64,000 bases of DNA from NCBI GenBank assembly GCA_964600985.1, contig CAZRJR010000001.1:399431-463430 (forward strand). Direction: 5' to 3'. Below are positions 38,461 to 47,171 of the stretch, one piece after another (the stretch's first letter is position 1; each line of letters begins with the position of its first letter). The notes beneath the pieces were generated by a model. That model was given only the letters and a program-made list of their open reading frames with translations, made no database searches and was not told where the DNA came from. Both the position numbers and the translations under genes were made by a program. Origin of the DNA: an uncultured Candidatus Saccharibacteria bacterium (GTDB taxonomy: Bacteria; Patescibacteriota; Saccharimonadia; CAILAD01; JADZBC01).

Positions 38461-39208
38461 GCGCGACTACCTCCTTTGCTAACTTCTTATAACTCTGGGC
38501 GCCTTTCGAGAACCGGTCGTAGTGACTAATCGGCTTCCCATGGCTTGGCGCCTCGGCTAATCTTATATTACGCGGAATTATGGTATCAAACAATGTGTCG
38601 GGGAAGTGATGCTTGAGTTCATTCTGTACCTGGGTAGCCAAACTGGTGCGTGAGGAGTGCATAGTTATAACTACCCCAAGGAGCGAAAGCTGTGGGTTCA
38701 GCGCCTGTCGTACCCGTTTAACCGTAGTGAGGAGCTGACCCAAGCCCTCGAGCGCGTAGTATTCACTCTGAACAGGTATGAGCAAGAACTGGGCGGCCAC
38801 CAGACCGTTAAGGGTTAGGAGCCCTAGAGACGGCGGGCAGTCAATGAGGATGTAGTCATAATCTAACTGTTCAATGGCGGCCTTAAGCTTAAATTCGCGC
38901 TGTGACAACTCAGAAAGCTCTATTTCGGCTGCGGCCAGTACCGAGCTGGCTGGCAATACAGCTAGCTTATCTATGCTGGTCGCCGCTATTACTTCGCTGG
39001 CAGGAGTACCCTCGACTAGCACATTGTATATGGTTTTAGGCAAGTTGTTTTTAGCAATTGCCAAGCCACTCGAGCTATTGCCTTGGGGGTCAAGATCAAT
39101 AATTAACACTCGGTTGCCGAGTTTAGCCAGGTACGCACCCAAGTTAATACTCGTCGTTGTTTTACCAACACCACCTTTTTGATTTGCTATCGCGATTATT
39201 CGCGTCAC
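38435..39208 (-). CDS. parA: chromosome partitioning ATPase ParA/Soj
   Basis: Deviant Walker A KGGVGKTT. Likely GTG start at 39208, with GGAGG 6 nt upstream. Confidence 0.9.
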   Translation of the reverse strand: MTRIIAIANQKGGVGKTTTSINLGAYLAKLGNRVLIIDLDPQGNSSSGLAIAKNNLPKTIYNVLVEGTPASEVIAATSIDKLAVLPASSVLAAAEIELSELSQREFKLKAAIEQLDYDYILIDCPPSLGLLTLNGLVAAQFLLIPVQSEYYALEGLGQLLTTVKRVRQALNPQLSLLGVVITMHSSRTSLATQVQNELKHHFPDTLFDTIIPRNIRLAEAPSHGKPISHYDRFSKGAQSYKKLAKEVVARVNKQLQQ

Positions 39209-39352
39209 TCTCACCCTCCGTTTCTTCTATTTGCTATCTTATCATTTTCAGGGTAACCAATCCAATCAAAATACCGAGTTGACGAGATTGTAGGCCAGGA
39301 GTATGATTATGCCACCACACAACTCCGTGTGGCTCCGACAGAAGGGAACCTC

Positions 39353-39787
39353 ATGACGAGGAAACTTCGTGTCGCAGCGCAGAAGGCGTGGACCGTCTTG
39401 GTGGCCTGCATGGTCATCTTGATCGCAATCGCCATCGGCTCTGCGACGATCATGGAGGCGACGAGCAAGACCGTCGCCTCGGCTCGAGCGCCCGACGCGG
39501 TGCTCACCCAGATCACGACCGTGGGAATCGTGCAGGTGGCCGCTGCGGCCATCCTGATCCTCGGGACGATCTTCCTGGCCACGCAGGTCTTCTACAAGCA
39601 GCGAAGCACGCTGAAGTCGAGGACTCGCAACGGCCTGCGACCCACGTTGGTGAGCTTCTTCGCGCGGTTCAACCTCACGGCCTCGGAGGAGGCGGACGTC
39701 GGCCATCGACACCCCCGCTCCACCTTCGGCCAGCACTCGGGCCTCGGCTCGCACGCGTTCAAGGCGTCCGTGCCGTTCCCCGTCTGA
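39353..39787 (+). CDS. 2-TM small membrane protein encoded in a high-GC island, unknown function
   Basis: 144 aa. ATG 39353 with GAAGGGA 7 nt upstream. Codon third positions are about 85-90% G/C. Two clear TM helices. The overlapping antisense ORF 39266..39802 is Arg/Asp-rich junk. Confidence 0.5.
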   Translation: MTRKLRVAAQKAWTVLVACMVILIAIAIGSATIMEATSKTVASARAPDAVLTQITTVGIVQVAAAAILILGTIFLATQVFYKQRSTLKSRTRNGLRPTLVSFFARFNLTASEEADVGHRHPRSTFGQHSGLGSHAFKASVPFPV

Positions 39788-39824
39788 CCACCTGACCACC
39801 AACGCCCCACCTCCACGGGGCTAC

Positions 39825-39863
39825 GACCCTCCGCCGCAAGCTCCAAGCTCGTGGCGGAGGGTC
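39825..39863 (+). terminator. GC-rich hairpin after the island gene (U-tract-poor terminator)
   Basis: Perfect 11-bp stem GACCCTCCGCC / GGCGGAGGGTC with a 17-nt loop, starting 38 nt after the stop codon. Confidence 0.5.
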
Positions 39864-39967
39864 TCCGCGTTATGATCAAATTGAATGTTTTTACACCAAG
39901 CCATTTACAATCAACCCCAGATCTGCTAAGATTATTTATTGACTAACTTAAATCTAAGAGGAATTCC

Positions 39968-40285
39968 ATGATTGCAGTAATCGAAGCAGGCTCCAAGCAG
40001 TACATAGTAGAAAAAGGCCAGACCATACAGACCGAGCTAGTCGGTACAGGGAATGGCTCGACTAAGTCTATGGAATTTAAGCCTCTTCTCATTATCGACG
40101 GCGACAAAGTCCACGTGGGTAAGCCAGTACTCGAAAATGCCGTAGTAACGGCTAGCGTGGCTCCAGAAGTCGTAAAAGGTGACAAAGTCGTGGTACTTAA
40201 GTACAAGGCCAAGAAGCGTCAGAGCACCAAGACTGGCCACCGCCAAAAGTACTCTGAACTCACTATTACTGACATCAAAGCTTAG
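39968..40285 (+). CDS. rplU: 50S ribosomal protein L21
   Basis: 105 aa. MIAVIEAGSKQYIVEKGQTI... is the canonical L21 N-terminus. AAGAGGAAT RBS. Confidence 0.95.
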   Translation: MIAVIEAGSKQYIVEKGQTIQTELVGTGNGSTKSMEFKPLLIIDGDKVHVGKPVLENAVVTASVAPEVVKGDKVVVLKYKAKKRQSTKTGHRQKYSELTITDIKA

Positions 40286-40350
40286 AACTCCCCTAGCTTG
40301 CCTAAATTACGCCGCTCGAAACCAGAGCGGTTTTTGGTTACGATAGGTTC

Positions 40351-40878
40351 ATGTATTCGCTTACGCTTTCGTTCTTTGTAGCAAACTTAGTTCATATTTA
40401 CGTACTTGTTCGACACAGACATTCCAAGCAGCCTACGATTAGCGAGCGTGCCGTGCAGAGTAATGAATCTCTAGCCCTCTACATTGTTGGCCACTTGCTG
40501 GCAGGCCTAGCTTTTGCCGGCTTCGCGTTCGAATTCTTTTGGCTTCAGTTTGGCAGTAAATTACTCTTTGCGCTTGCCCTTGGTGGAGTCACACTTGAAT
40601 GGGTACAGGCTCTCATTCCAGCCAAAGGCAAGTATGAGCCCATACATAGAGCGGTCGCATATGGCATGAGCGGCTTTGTGGTAACTCTTGGTACTCTTTC
40701 CATATTTACTTTTACGCTGTCCACATTAACCAGAATAATGCTTATTCTTCTGCAGGCAATAATTATTGCGGGTTACCCCTTGGCAGCGCGACTACCGCAC
40801 AAACATTTTTGGGTCATCCAAATGGTGAATATTAACTTGTTTTACCTACAAATGTATATATTACTGCGGGCAGGCTAG
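40351..40878 (+). CDS. membrane protein, unknown function
   Basis: 175 aa, about 5 TM segments. ATG verified. Confidence 0.5.
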   Translation: MYSLTLSFFVANLVHIYVLVRHRHSKQPTISERAVQSNESLALYIVGHLLAGLAFAGFAFEFFWLQFGSKLLFALALGGVTLEWVQALIPAKGKYEPIHRAVAYGMSGFVVTLGTLSIFTFTLSTLTRIMLILLQAIIIAGYPLAARLPHKHFWVIQMVNINLFYLQMYILLRAG

Positions 40879-40885
40879 ATCTACC

Positions 40886-42397
40886 TCACGATTGGCAACT
40901 CGTTGGGGCCGGCTGAGAAGCCATGAGTGCCTTCATCCAAGCCAAAGTATCATTATAGCTTTGTACCATGGTGTCATAGTGGGTGGCAGTTGGGTAAATG
41001 GTAAGCTTAATCGGCCCATCCGCAATACTGCAAGCTCGTTGTAAGAAAGCCTGTGACTGACTCGGCAGCACTACGTTATCCCGCTGGCCGTGGTTTATGA
41101 GCTTAGGTGTTGAAGTACCTACCGTACCCGCGCGATTCTTGGCCATATCTTTGGCCAGATCGGCGTAGTTACCCGACAAGTCGCCGCGAGTGAGTGCTGC
41201 TAGGAATTCTGGCTGATACACCGCCGCTGGCACCTTACCCCAATGCGGGATCAGGGTGTTTATACAATTGGCAGCAATATCGCTACTCAAGCTTTGCTGC
41301 CACTTGGGTAGTAAGTACGAGTTCAGATTGTAATCTTTGCGGTAAAAGTCTTGATAAGAGTAAAGCACGAACGGCCCAAACCAATTAATGTTAGCACCCC
41401 TAGTAATGTCGGTGAGCGTGGTACCGACATCAGTTACTGGGCCGAAGCCAACCAAACCCTTAATCTCTAGTTCGGGTGCATAGTCTGGAGCAATCTGATC
41501 GGCCCAAAGTGCTGCATGACCACCCTGAGAGTAACCAGCCACAAATGTGTTATTTAAGTTAATCACATTCTTGGTGCTTTCCAGGTTGGTTAGGGCACGC
41601 ACACTATCGAGTACGGCACGGCCCTCCATAGGCCCCACCATGTAGTGATGCATACGGCTAGAATCGCGCATGCCCTCGTAGTCCGTAATCACCACCACGT
41701 AGCCCTGAGCAGCATAGGCTGCCATGAGCGAATCGTAGTTAGCCCAGTTGGCTACAGCCGGCTTTTCTAAGCTCGCAGCACAGTGGTCGTCTATACCTGT
41801 GGTACCGGGAGCAAAAGCATATACCGGGGCGCTGCCATTCGCGGTCGCCTTGGCCGGCACATAGACCCGTGCGTACACCGACACTTCGCGACCCTCTTCG
41901 TCGCTCGAAGTGTAGCGTATGAGTTGCTTAGTTATACCCTGAGTGACAGGCTGTGTATAGGTTTTATTGGTTTGAGCTATGAGCTGCTTAGTAGTAGTGG
42001 CGTCGTAGGTCGTAGTAGCCTCTGTAGAGAGAATCTTACCAAACTTTGCTTTCGGATCAATCGGCTGGGTGACGCGCGTAAATATATTGCGTGACTGGTG
42101 TAGCGACCTACTCGTGAACACCGCATAGCCGAAGTAGGCCACGGCCAAGAGTCCTAGTGTGAGGCTTAACCAAGCGATGGCACGCCATACGGGATGATGC
42201 TGTTTTTTGCGCTTCACGCTCGACTCCAGTGGTGGCATATATTCGTGGGCTTTGGGTGGTGCAACTGGCCGCGACCCAGTGCGACCTGCTGACTTCTTAA
42301 CGCCCGAGCCAAATTTGGAAACAGGCTTGGTTGCAGGGACCTTATTTGGTACTGATGGCTTATTCTCACGACGGGGTTTTTCCGCTGGTTTGTTCAT
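40886..42397 (-). CDS. membrane-anchored alpha/beta hydrolase, secretory-lipase (LIP)-like
   Basis: 503 aa. Lys/Pro-rich cytoplasmic N-terminus, a TM segment, and nucleophile elbow GYSQGG. Confidence 0.6.
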   Translation of the reverse strand: MNKPAEKPRRENKPSVPNKVPATKPVSKFGSGVKKSAGRTGSRPVAPPKAHEYMPPLESSVKRKKQHHPVWRAIAWLSLTLGLLAVAYFGYAVFTSRSLHQSRNIFTRVTQPIDPKAKFGKILSTEATTTYDATTTKQLIAQTNKTYTQPVTQGITKQLIRYTSSDEEGREVSVYARVYVPAKATANGSAPVYAFAPGTTGIDDHCAASLEKPAVANWANYDSLMAAYAAQGYVVVITDYEGMRDSSRMHHYMVGPMEGRAVLDSVRALTNLESTKNVINLNNTFVAGYSQGGHAALWADQIAPDYAPELEIKGLVGFGPVTDVGTTLTDITRGANINWFGPFVLYSYQDFYRKDYNLNSYLLPKWQQSLSSDIAANCINTLIPHWGKVPAAVYQPEFLAALTRGDLSGNYADLAKDMAKNRAGTVGTSTPKLINHGQRDNVVLPSQSQAFLQRACSIADGPIKLTIYPTATHYDTMVQSYNDTLAWMKALMASQPAPTSCQS

Positions 42398-42891
42398 ACT
42401 AGTGACCTTTTCATAATATACACATCTTGGCCACCAATAAAGCCCGGGGCTAGGCGCTCGGTAACAAAGCCTTGCCTTTCATAAAACGAGGCGTGATCGT
42501 AGGTAACCAGTTCTACACTCCTGAGGTTCTTAGCTTGCAACCAACGTGTAGATTCGTTGAGCAAGTCAGCCCCCAGCCCACGGCCACGATGATCGGGCTC
42601 CACGTAGAGCCAAAATATATCGCCGCAGTTCGAGGTGGGTCGGGTGGCGCCGATAATATAGCCCACGAGCGCTCGTCTGTGCCACAAGCCTATGAGCATT
42701 CTGTCTGGACGTATACTGCCTAGTGCTAACCGTGCAGCGCTGTTCTGACGACGAGTAGCTCGCAAATAGTCATCGCTGTAGTATGCAAAGTCATTAGCAA
42801 GCGCTGACCGAAAAAGCCTACTGAGCACCAAGCTATGCTGTGGACGCAAGTTTGAGATCCTATATATGCCGTCAATCCATTTGCTAGCCAT
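42394..42891 (-). CDS. GNAT family N-acetyltransferase
   Basis: 165 aa. Motif A RGRGLGADLL. Overlaps its neighbours on both sides. Confidence 0.75.
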   Translation of the reverse strand: MASKWIDGIYRISNLRPQHSLVLSRLFRSALANDFAYYSDDYLRATRRQNSAARLALGSIRPDRMLIGLWHRRALVGYIIGATRPTSNCGDIFWLYVEPDHRGRGLGADLLNESTRWLQAKNLRSVELVTYDHASFYERQGFVTERLAPGFIGGQDVYIMKRSLV

Positions 42892-43477
42892 GTACTTCTA
42901 CCCGGTTACGTCCATCGTTTTTGGCTTTATACAAAGCCTCGTCGGCCTCCTTTATTAAGTCTTCTAGACTCAAGCCTGGGCGCATAGTTGCCACACCAAA
43001 CGAAGCGGTAACCTTGAGCACATCCACACCTACCTGGAGTCGAAGCGATTCAATTCGGGCGCGCAACTCCTCGGCAATGCTTGCCGCGTGTTCTAGGTCT
43101 GCCCCCACCAAACCGACCATAAGCTCCTCGCCACCGTACCGACCCACCACATCGATACCTCGGAGCGTATTGCGAATCGCCTGAGCAATTTCACGCAGCA
43201 CTGTATCGCCAGCGCTATGACCAAACTGGTCATTTATCTTCTTAAAGTAATCGATATCAATAAAGAGCAAGCTAAACGATTTTACGATCAAAAATTTGCG
43301 TCTATCTGGATTCTTGAGTTGAAAATCAACTTCGCCTATATAAGCCCTTAGCAAACTCATAAGTCCACGGCGATTCAGAACTAATGTAAGCTCGTCAGTC
43401 TGAGCTTGAGCCTCTAGTTCAGCTATGCGCCGCTTAAGCTGTTCTATTTTGTGCTTGTACGCCTCCTCTTGGCTCAT
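42884..43477 (-). CDS. standalone GGDEF-domain diguanylate cyclase (GGEEL variant, RxxD I-site present)
   Basis: 197 aa. N-terminal coiled coil, then DELTLVLNRRG, an RGID I-site and active site RYGGEELMVG. Confidence 0.8.
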   Translation of the reverse strand: MSQEEAYKHKIEQLKRRIAELEAQAQTDELTLVLNRRGLMSLLRAYIGEVDFQLKNPDRRKFLIVKSFSLLFIDIDYFKKINDQFGHSAGDTVLREIAQAIRNTLRGIDVVGRYGGEELMVGLVGADLEHAASIAEELRARIESLRLQVGVDVLKVTASFGVATMRPGLSLEDLIKEADEALYKAKNDGRNRVEVHG

Positions 43478-43478
43478 G

Positions 43479-44405
43479 CTAGCCTTCTAGATTAGCCAAA
43501 TAGTGTTCGGCTTCGAGTGCAGCCCTACAGCCATCGCCCGCCGCGGTGATTGCCTGTCGATAGCGAAAGTCCGCCACATCACCCGCCGCGAATACCCCTG
43601 GCAACTTTGTCTTTACCGACTCGATAGTTTTAATGTAGCCCTTTTCGTCTAATTCCAATGAGCCTGCGAACAATTTAGTTGCTGGCGTGTGACCAATCGA
43701 TACAAATAGTCCCTGACATGCGAGTTCACGCTCTGCACCATCTACGGTACTGCGAAGCTTCACGCCCTCCACCATATCTTTACCCAGCACATCCACCACC
43801 TCACTATTCCAAATAAACTCAATCTTGGGGTTATCAAACGCCCGCTGTTGCATAATCTTGCTTGCCCTTAAACTATCTCGACGGTGCACTACGATTACCT
43901 TACTTGCAAATTTTGTAAGCACGTCGGCCTCCTCCATAGCCACATCGCCACCACCAACCACCACTACTTCTTTGTCGCGGAAGAAGAAAGCGTCACAGGT
44001 GGCGCAGGCGCTTATACCATGGCCCATAAGTCGTTGTTCGTTCTTAAGCCCCAACCAATTGGCCGAGGCGCCGGTAGAAATTATTACTGTCCGCGCCTGG
44101 TAAAGCTGCTCGCCCACGTATACTTTTTTTGTTTCACTTTCCAGCTCCACCTTAGTAACGAATTCACTTATTAGCTCGGTGCCAAAGCGCTTAGCCTGAT
44201 CGCGCATCTCGTCCATAAGTGAAGGCCCCGTGATTCCGTCTTTAAACCCCGGGAAGTTCTCTACCTCGCCTGTTAAGAGCAGCTGCCCACCTGGCGTATC
44301 GCCAGCAATCATGAGTGTACTCAAACTGGCGCGCGAAGTATAAATAGCAGCCGTGTAACCGGCTGGCCCGGCCCCAATAATTATTACGTCATAGGCTTTA
44401 CTCAT
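43479..44405 (-). CDS. trxB: thioredoxin-disulfide reductase
   Basis: Start at ATG 44405 (MSKAYDVIIIGAGPAGYTAA). CATC redox motif (ACATCD). FAD and NADPH GxGxxG motifs. Confidence 0.95.
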   Translation of the reverse strand: MSKAYDVIIIGAGPAGYTAAIYTSRASLSTLMIAGDTPGGQLLLTGEVENFPGFKDGITGPSLMDEMRDQAKRFGTELISEFVTKVELESETKKVYVGEQLYQARTVIISTGASANWLGLKNEQRLMGHGISACATCDAFFFRDKEVVVVGGGDVAMEEADVLTKFASKVIVVHRRDSLRASKIMQQRAFDNPKIEFIWNSEVVDVLGKDMVEGVKLRSTVDGAERELACQGLFVSIGHTPATKLFAGSLELDEKGYIKTIESVKTKLPGVFAAGDVADFRYRQAITAAGDGCRAALEAEHYLANLEG

Positions 44406-44505
44406 ATGTATATTATAACAGCGCATGAGGCTGTTGAGAATCTTAGTAAGATTCTTGACGGTTATGCTACAATTGCTGTAACGAATTATTTATATTTAGG
44501 GAGTC

Positions 44506-45447
44506 ATGCAGTGGCCAAAAAAAACTATACGAACACAGACTAAAACCAAAGCAAAGAAGTCTACTAAAACACTTTTTCAGCGTACCACACTCAAAGATAT
44601 CTGGAAGCAGAATAAGCTTGCCTTAACCGGTGCCGTACTTGTGACAATACTTGGCTTTGCGACGTACAGATACTTTTATTACCAAGACGCCTCGGCAGCT
44701 CTCCATGATTATTGTGGAACTAACGTTGGCAAAAAACCATGTTGGACACTCTGGGCAGACCTAGGTAAAACTACTAGCCCCGAGCCATACAATGTTGAAA
44801 TGCAAGGGCACGCCTGCTGGCAACCATTTGACCTGGCAGGCAACCAAACTCCATACACCTTAAATCCTGATGGGTCGAAAAACGTCATGGCTGCCGGAAT
44901 TGCTGTTCGAGTTTGGCCAACTTCACTTACACCACCTGGTTCACCACGCTACGAACTGCTCGCTGTAGTTGGTTCGCTAGATACGGTATCGAACGTTTCA
45001 AAATCATGGGATGAAAGAAAAGTTAGAAATGCTTCAACCTTCTATTCGACCGGCTCAAAAATCTCCCAAGATCAGCTAGCAACGCAGGCGATCTATATAG
45101 ATATGAGTGGTGGCGACGGCGGATTTGCTTCCGTACCCAAAACGACTTCGACCGGTAAAGACGTTTATATAACATACGTTTATAGATATCAAGTTGGTGG
45201 AGTATATAACTACAGGCAGTCTACTCCCGTGGCGATTTCAAAAGTATTCACGGTTGATTGCGACAACCCACCTAGACCGACCGAAGATATAACTTGGACA
45301 AATCCTGTCAGCGGCTCAAATAATGTAGATGCGAGTCCTGCGGCTATTGCTAAAACAAAAGTCAAGACCAGTAGCGGTGTGACCAAACCAAAGCCCAAAA
45401 CTAACGGCACATCGTCCAATCCACCAAAGACGAATGGCACAAAGTAA
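44506..45447 (+). CDS. secreted or membrane-anchored hypothetical protein with a Lys/Thr/Pro-rich C-terminus
   Basis: 313 aa. Basic N-terminus plus TM. GGGAG RBS. Confidence 0.5.
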   Translation: MQWPKKTIRTQTKTKAKKSTKTLFQRTTLKDIWKQNKLALTGAVLVTILGFATYRYFYYQDASAALHDYCGTNVGKKPCWTLWADLGKTTSPEPYNVEMQGHACWQPFDLAGNQTPYTLNPDGSKNVMAAGIAVRVWPTSLTPPGSPRYELLAVVGSLDTVSNVSKSWDERKVRNASTFYSTGSKISQDQLATQAIYIDMSGGDGGFASVPKTTSTGKDVYITYVYRYQVGGVYNYRQSTPVAISKVFTVDCDNPPRPTEDITWTNPVSGSNNVDASPAAIAKTKVKTSSGVTKPKPKTNGTSSNPPKTNGTK

Positions 45448-45459
45448 TTAGGCCCTACT

Positions 45460-46050
45460 TTACTTGGCAGCCTGTTTTGTGTCCCCGCTACACGTCTCGG
45501 GAGCCCAGAAGCCACGATTGGCTGCTTGTGCCTCGGCTTCGGCGGACTTGAACGTAGCTTGGTACTTATACGCTTGATTTTGATAGGTGTACTCATGAGC
45601 GTAACCATCCCGAATCATGCCCTCGGCGTAATTACTGCCGTCGGATAGGAACACATAGGCGAGCAAACGACCATACTTGTCGTGTTCGCCCACCTGCACA
45701 TCGTATTCTAGGCGAATAGTCTGGCCTTCTAGACGCTTATGACCCTGTGCCGAAGCCTCGCGACCAAAGCATTGCACCACCTTGCGCGGATCTACTACCT
45801 CTGGTGTGTCCATGCCTATCAAGCGAACTTTTTGTGTGCGGCCGTCAATATTAAGTTCGATTGTGTCACCATCAATCACCTTTTGAACCTTGTAAGTACC
45901 TAGCATGGCATTTGTAGCAGGCTTACCATTGGAGGCTATGGATTGCTGCTGCAGGTTAACGCCGCGATAGATTAGAAGCGCAGCAAACACCAGCGCCCCT
46001 AGTGTGCGCAGCGCTTTTTTGCGAGATATGCTTTGGCCTAAACCGTTCAC
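45460..46050 (-). CDS. thermonuclease (SNase/micrococcal nuclease-like)
   Basis: 196 aa. Signal/TM segment, then the SNase core DGDTIEL...VRLIGMDTPE...RLLAYVF. Confidence 0.85.
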   Translation of the reverse strand: MNGLGQSISRKKALRTLGALVFAALLIYRGVNLQQQSIASNGKPATNAMLGTYKVQKVIDGDTIELNIDGRTQKVRLIGMDTPEVVDPRKVVQCFGREASAQGHKRLEGQTIRLEYDVQVGEHDKYGRLLAYVFLSDGSNYAEGMIRDGYAHEYTYQNQAYKYQATFKSAEAEAQAANRGFWAPETCSGDTKQAAK

Positions 46051-47153
46051 GCCAACTCCCCCTTCTTACGACGCAAATATACACTCTGCACCACCCCGAT
46101 AGCAAACATGCTCACCAGCATACTCGACCCACCGGCCGAAATAAAAGGCAGCGGAATACCAGTAACTGGCATAATACCCAAGTTCATACCGACGTTAATA
46201 AACACATGGAACAGCAGCATACTTGTTAACCCAATAGCTAGTAAGCCGCCGAACTTATCGGGCGCCATTTGGCTAATCCAAAACGAACGCAGTACTAGCA
46301 CCAAAAACGCCCCAATGGTCAGCAAGCCACCTAGGAAGCCAAGCTTCTCGGCTAGCACAGCAAAAATAAAGTCGGTATGTTGCGAGGGCAAGAAATTCCC
46401 CTGGCTTTGACTACCCGCACCCAACCCTTGGCCCAACCAACCACCACTCCCCACAGCAATAATCGCCTGGTTTACATTATAGCCAGTGGTAGCCGGGTTA
46501 GCGGTTGGGTCCAAAAACGTCGCAATGCGCTGTTGCTGGTATGGTTTAAGTCGAGGAATTATGATTGGGATCATCACCACCACACTGCCCACAAGGCCGG
46601 CCAAGTACTGCCACCGCACTCGAGCAGCTAGGGCAATGGCAAACCAGATTGCCACAAACACCATGCCAGTACCCAGATCAGGTTGAGCCAATACCAAGGC
46701 GAGTGGTAAGGCCACGTACAAAAGTGAGCCGATCCAATACTTTGCTTCGTTTATATGGTCGTAGTGACGGGCAAAGTGCTGAGCCAATACGATCGCCAAC
46801 ATAGGCTTAGCAAACTCCGAAGGTTGAAATTGAAAAAACCCAATCGAAATCCACCGTGTTGCCCCCAAGCGAGTCGCGCCGAACGCGTCTACCGCCAATA
46901 GTGAGGCTACCATAACTATGTAGAGCACGGTACTGTAGTTGCGCAACACCCGGTAATCAAGCCGAGCGAAGAACAGCATTACTCCTAGGCCAACTGCAGC
47001 ATACAAGAATTGCCTACTCGTATCGAGTTGCGAGGTTACTTGAGCAGCCTTAAGCCCCGAAGAGTACAGCACGGTTAAACCAATTGCCAAGAGCACCAGG
47101 GTGCAGATAGCGACAACTAAGTCAAGCTTGCGGAGTAAGCGTAATCCAAACAT
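46047..47153 (-). CDS. SEDS-family peptidoglycan glycosyltransferase (FtsW/RodA)
   Basis: 368 aa, 10 TM segments. C-terminal GGSSMLVSM pattern. ATG verified. Confidence 0.85.
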   Translation of the reverse strand: MFGLRLLRKLDLVVAICTLVLLAIGLTVLYSSGLKAAQVTSQLDTSRQFLYAAVGLGVMLFFARLDYRVLRNYSTVLYIVMVASLLAVDAFGATRLGATRWISIGFFQFQPSEFAKPMLAIVLAQHFARHYDHINEAKYWIGSLLYVALPLALVLAQPDLGTGMVFVAIWFAIALAARVRWQYLAGLVGSVVVMIPIIIPRLKPYQQQRIATFLDPTANPATTGYNVNQAIIAVGSGGWLGQGLGAGSQSQGNFLPSQHTDFIFAVLAEKLGFLGGLLTIGAFLVLVLRSFWISQMAPDKFGGLLAIGLTSMLLFHVFINVGMNLGIMPVTGIPLPFISAGGSSMLVSMFAIGVVQSVYLRRKKGELA

Positions 47154-47171
47154 TACGCTCTATTATATAGC

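Noticed and set aside
39266-39802. 178-aa minus-strand ORF in the ORF track
   Set aside because: Arg/Asp/Gly-rich, with no hydrophobic core. It is the typical antisense shadow of high-GC coding DNA. The + strand ORF with TM helices and high GC3 is the real gene.
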